Source of the DNA: Lama guanicoe
Lineage: Eukaryota
Length of the DNA: 28,301 bases
Direction: 5' to 3'
NCBI GenBank assembly: GCA_013239625.1
Contig: MU054001.1
Span: 7,117,078 to 7,145,378, forward strand
Shown: in pieces, positions 24,316-28,301 of the stretch
Numbering within the stretch: position 1 is the first letter of the stretch
Layout of the letters: the number at the start of each line of letters is the position of its first letter
Made by a program: the position numbers and the translations under genes
The notes under the pieces: model-generated
Seen by the model: the letters and a program-made list of their open reading frames with translations, nothing else
Database searches by the model: none
Told to the model about the DNA's origin: nothing

Positions 24316-25237
24316 TTTAGATCCTGTGATCTGAACTACAATTCCATATTTAAAAAGAAAGGTGTTCTTGAGGCTTATAGTCGGTGGAATGGGATTCCAG
24401 GCAGGCGGGCACAAGCAGGGAGTTTTTTTTTTTAGGGCAGAAGACCCTTCTCTGGATTCACCTGCCTTTTAATTTCTGGCAGAGAGAAAACTGGGCTAGC
24501 GGGGCTGGAAGGCAGGGCTGCCCAGAGGGCCCGGTTATCAGTGGGAGACCAGGCCAGACCTTGAGGAGCTGTGTAGGGCTGTATAAACCTGCCTGACACC
24601 CTGCCCTTGGTGGCAGTACCCCCATGGCTTGGCTCAGCTCCCAAAGGCCTTGTTTCCCCTCCACAGTTACCATCTGAAAGGAGCCAAGGCCGCGCTGTCA
24701 ACCTGGCTGCAAATCAAAATAATTTGACACATTCATTTTCAGGATTTCATGTGGATCATGATGTTTCCCAAAAGGAAATGAACAAAATCTATAAAAGGGA
24801 GGAAAAAGAGCTTTTTCTTGCCTTGGCTGATCGGCATATGGTATAAATTACTGAGGAATTAGCATTTCTATATAATACCAGCCGTACGAACAGTCAATAG
24901 AAAGTAATGAATCCCATGCAATCAATAGACAATAAATTTGGGGGTCAGGAAGGTACATGAATAATTTGAAAGTTTCCACAAGAGAGACATCGGTGTGGAG
25001 GAAGATGCCAGCCGGTAGGGCCCCGCTGTAATTACCAGCACACCTGGGAAGGGAGCTGAGAAATGAAGGAAATAAAGTGGAAAAGCAGCAACTCCAGAGC
25101 CATTCTGTGCCCCAAAGATTCCTTGAGGATGGAGCCAGAAATTCTGCAAATGGTGGGCACCAGGCCATTGGCTTCCAGGGTGGCCTGCTTGGTTTATGGA
25201 CTTCACTGAGTGTTGGTTTTGGACTTGGGGTGGGAGA

Positions 25238-25395
25238 TTGGGTCTCAATTTTAGTTGTGCATTACAATAAACTTGGGGGCTTTTTAAAAAAGTACAGATT
25301 CCCTGAGCCACGTTCCCAGACATTCTGACTTAATTGGTCTGGAGTGGGCCCTGGCATTGGTCTATCTTTTTAAAAGCACCCGGGAGATCCCAATA
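25238..25395. mobile_element. MER5-like hAT-Charlie DNA transposon
   Basis: ggtctcaattttagttgtgcatta...ttaaaaaagtacagattccctgagcc...attctgacttaattggtctggagtgggccctggcatt...tttttaaaagcacccggg. Confidence 0.75.
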
Positions 25396-26409
25396 GCTGA
25401 TTGCTGCCCCTGGGCTCAAGGCTGTTGTGAAGGCACAATTTAAAAGGCCTTCCTGTCTAATAGGTGAGGACTTTATGGGCTTAGAAGTTGGATGTGTAAA
25501 AAAAAAAAAATTTAACTTTTTTTCTCTGTTATTAAAATTAGTTTTCCATCTTCATGTTTCCACTTAAAATTTAATTGTACCCATTCAGGGTAAACTCAGG
25601 GAATCTTGAAGTTTAAACTCTCTTCCTTTTGGAATTCTATGCCTCTCCTGAGGGAATCACCTTGGTACAGATTGGGGGTGGCATGGGAGGTGAAGTGCAG
25701 GGGGACCGGATGGCACTTTGCACCTCTGAGGTGTGGCTGGGACTTCTGGTACTCATGGGCAGCATCTCCTGTGGTGGTCTCAGTTTGTTGGGTCTACCAC
25801 CTCTGTATCCTCTCTCTAGGTCGCCTGACCTGCCACCCTTCTGTGTTCCACCTGGGGCCTGTTGTGGGGAGCAGGCTTCAGCTGGGGGGCCTTAAGGTAT
25901 ACTTGCCTAGACATCCTCCGGCCCACCCAGCCAACTTCACAGAAAAGCCTCTAGGGTGGGGACCCTGCTTTCCCCTACTGGCACCTGTTCCCCCAGAAGT
26001 TATGCTGTTATGTTTTCAGGTCTCCTAAACTTCTCTGAGATCTCTGTTTGCCCCTTTTCACCCAGAGTTTTGATCTCAGGAAGGAAAAGATTTTGGCAGG
26101 GCAACGATTCTTCCAAATCCATTGTTATTCTGATACATTACTTCTTGGGTCTCAAGAAACCCTTTCTCTCAAAGATTTTCCCTCTGTCATAGAGACACAT
26201 AAGGTATCCTGGAAGCTCAGAAACTAGGAACTGACTCTTGATACTGCCCTTCGGGTAGAAATGATTCAGAGAGAACATTCAGGGAATTTGGGGGCTGGGG
26301 AGGAAGAAGCCTTGTTTAAATCTCAGCGCGTGGCCCCATCGTGCCTGCTTGTAAAAACCACATCTGAAAGGCAGGAAGGAGAAATGGGGAGGGAGGGTAG
26401 AATTCTTGT

Positions 26410-27200
26410 CTTGTGTACCTGTGCCTCACTCCTGCCATGACTTTTGCCTGGAAGACCCTGTGCTGTCTGCACTCAGCCATGTTTGGCCATCCCTGCATCC
26501 AGGTACCCTGTGACTCTCCTACCCTGAGTCTCCGGTCCAATGGCTTAGGCACCTGCCACCTGTCACTGCTCTTCATTGTGAGCTGCCCCATGGAGGTTTT
26601 ATATCATTGTCCAGAGCTGCTATTAAATCTATCACTAAAAATTATTATTTTTTAAACTAGAATCTGAGTCTCTGAAAAGCAAGGACTGTATTTTATTCAG
26701 CTTTTGGTCCCCGTCTAGCATAGGGCATGGTAAGTCCTGAAAAATAGAAGTAAATACTTGAGATATTTATGCTGTCTCCTCCATGACACTTGGCATCTGG
26801 TAGTTCATTTTTTGACTTCATGTCCATTCCAAACTGCCTTTGTATTATGTCTCCAGTGGCTACAGTTTAAATTTAAACATCGTTGTGCAGCTCACAAGGG
26901 CTGGCTGGCCTTGTCTTCCAGCCTGGAACATCCTGCTGCAATAAATGCACCCTGCTCTTTCTTACTTCTGAGCTGCTGTCATGCTGTTCCTTCTGCCTCG
27001 AATGCTTTTCCCCAAGTGTCCAGTTGCAAACTAACAATCTCCCCTTGGTCACTGAGCCTTATCTCAAATGCAGCCTACTCCCTGGAGCCTTCCCAGCTCC
27101 CTGCAATCCTGCAGTCAGCTGTGAGCCTGCTTCTGATGTGCCCTACCATCACGGTGTCCCAGGGTGCCTTCCCCTCTTCCCAAAGGCGACCCTGGAAACA
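26410..27200 (+). mobile_element. Degenerate LINE-2 fragments (probably two)
   Basis: actagaatctgagtctctgaaaagcaaggactgtattttattca...tctagcatagggcatgg...taaatacttg (26655-26760); catgctgttccttctgcctcgaatgcttttcc and tcctggagccttccc-like blocks (26980-27100). Confidence 0.6.
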
Positions 27201-27444
27201 GCTTCATTTAGCCATTGCTATTTTGATTACTGTTGGTTACCTCCAAAATATAAAATAACATACTCTATTTCATGATCATGGTTTCATTTTAGACATCTAT
27301 TGACACCCCAATGTGAAAAAAAACTACTTTTATTTTGTTTTATTTATTTTAACTACTTTTCTCCTCCTTTAAATGTTTGATATTTATATTATCATTTTAG
27401 TTCTTATATTTCATTACCTTTACTTAATTAAAACTTTACACTTC

Positions 27445-27586
27445 TTTTTCTTTTCAAAAAAATTTTATTGAGTTATAGCCAGTTTACAATGTTGTGTCAA
27501 TGTCTGGTGTAGAGCACAATTTTTCAGTCATACATGTATATACATATATTCATTTTCACGTCCTTCTTCACTTTGAGCTACCACAA
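27445..27586 (-). mobile_element. Short 5'-truncated L1 3' terminus with TSD
   Basis: T-rich tail, then ttttattgagttatagccagtttacaatgttgtgtcaat...gcacaatttttcagt; flanked by aaaactttacacttc (27430-27444) and aaaacttttcatttc (27587-27601). Confidence 0.85.
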
Positions 27587-27601
27587 AAAACTTTTCATTT
27601 C

Positions 27602-28301
27602 TTTTTTTTTTTAACATTTTTTATTGATTTATAATCATTTTACAATGTTGTGTCAAATTCCAGTGTTCAGCACAATTTTTCAGTCATTCATGGACATATA
27701 CACACTCATTGTCACCTTTTTTTCTCTGTGAATTATCATAATATTTTGTGTATATTTCCCTGTGCTATACAGTGTAATCTTGTTTATCTATTCTACAACT
27801 TTGAAATCCCAGTCTATCCCTTCCCACCCTCTACCCCTCTTGTAACCACAAGTCTGTATTCTCTGTCCATGAGTCTATTTCTGTCCTGTATTTATGCTTT
27901 GTTTTTGTTTGTTTGTTTGTTTTTGTTTTTGTTTTTTAGATTCAACATATGAGCGATCTCATATGGTATTTTTCTTTCTCTTTCTGGCTTACTTCACTTA
28001 GAATGACATTCTCTAGGAGCATCCATGTTGCTGCAAATGGCATTATGTTGTCAGTTTTTATGGCTGAGTAGTATTCCATTGTATAAATATACCACATCTT
28101 CTTTATCCAGTCACCTGTTGATGGACATTTAGGCTGTCTCCATGTTTTGGCTATTGTAAATAGTGCTGCTATGAACATTGGAGTGCAGGTGTCATCCTGA
28201 AGTAGATTTCCTTCTGGATACAAGCTCAGGAGTGGGATTCCTGGGTCATATGGTAAGTCTATTCCTAGTCTTTTGAGGAATCTCCACACTGTTTTCCATA
28301 G
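27602..28301 (-). mobile_element. Younger L1 3' portion (ORF2 C-terminus, full 3'UTR, poly(A)); continues past the window end
   Basis: Open frame 27942-28289 (LPYDPGIPLL...[14 protein letters not shown]...EYYSAIK...FAATW); minus-strand AATAAA; poly(T) 27602-27612; (tttg)n at ~27897-27937. Confidence 0.95.

Overview
Eutherian mammalian genomic DNA, intronic or intergenic, with no recognisable host protein-coding exon or RNA gene. The L1 3' ends resemble camelid/cetartiodactyl L1s as I recall them, and no Alu, B1, Bov-A or PRE SINEs are evident, so a camelid source is a tentative inference. Positions 1-17 kb and 23.5-27.3 kb are unique sequence interspersed with ancient repeats (L2, MIR, MLT1, MER21-like, MER34-like, MER5-like, MER91-like) and one younger ERV1-like solo LTR. 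The dominant feature is a near full-length, inactivated + strand LINE-1 (~17.1-23.5 kb). It carries two overlapping perfect tandem duplications in ORF2 and a nested, 3'UTR-deleted L1 fragment of another subfamily inserted at the homologous position. The right end holds stacked minus-strand L1 insertions that appear to share one target site. I found no evidence of a novel biological system; the notable points concern retrotransposition mechanics and a possible assembly artefact. Old-repeat boundaries and family names come from recalled consensus sequences and are approximate.
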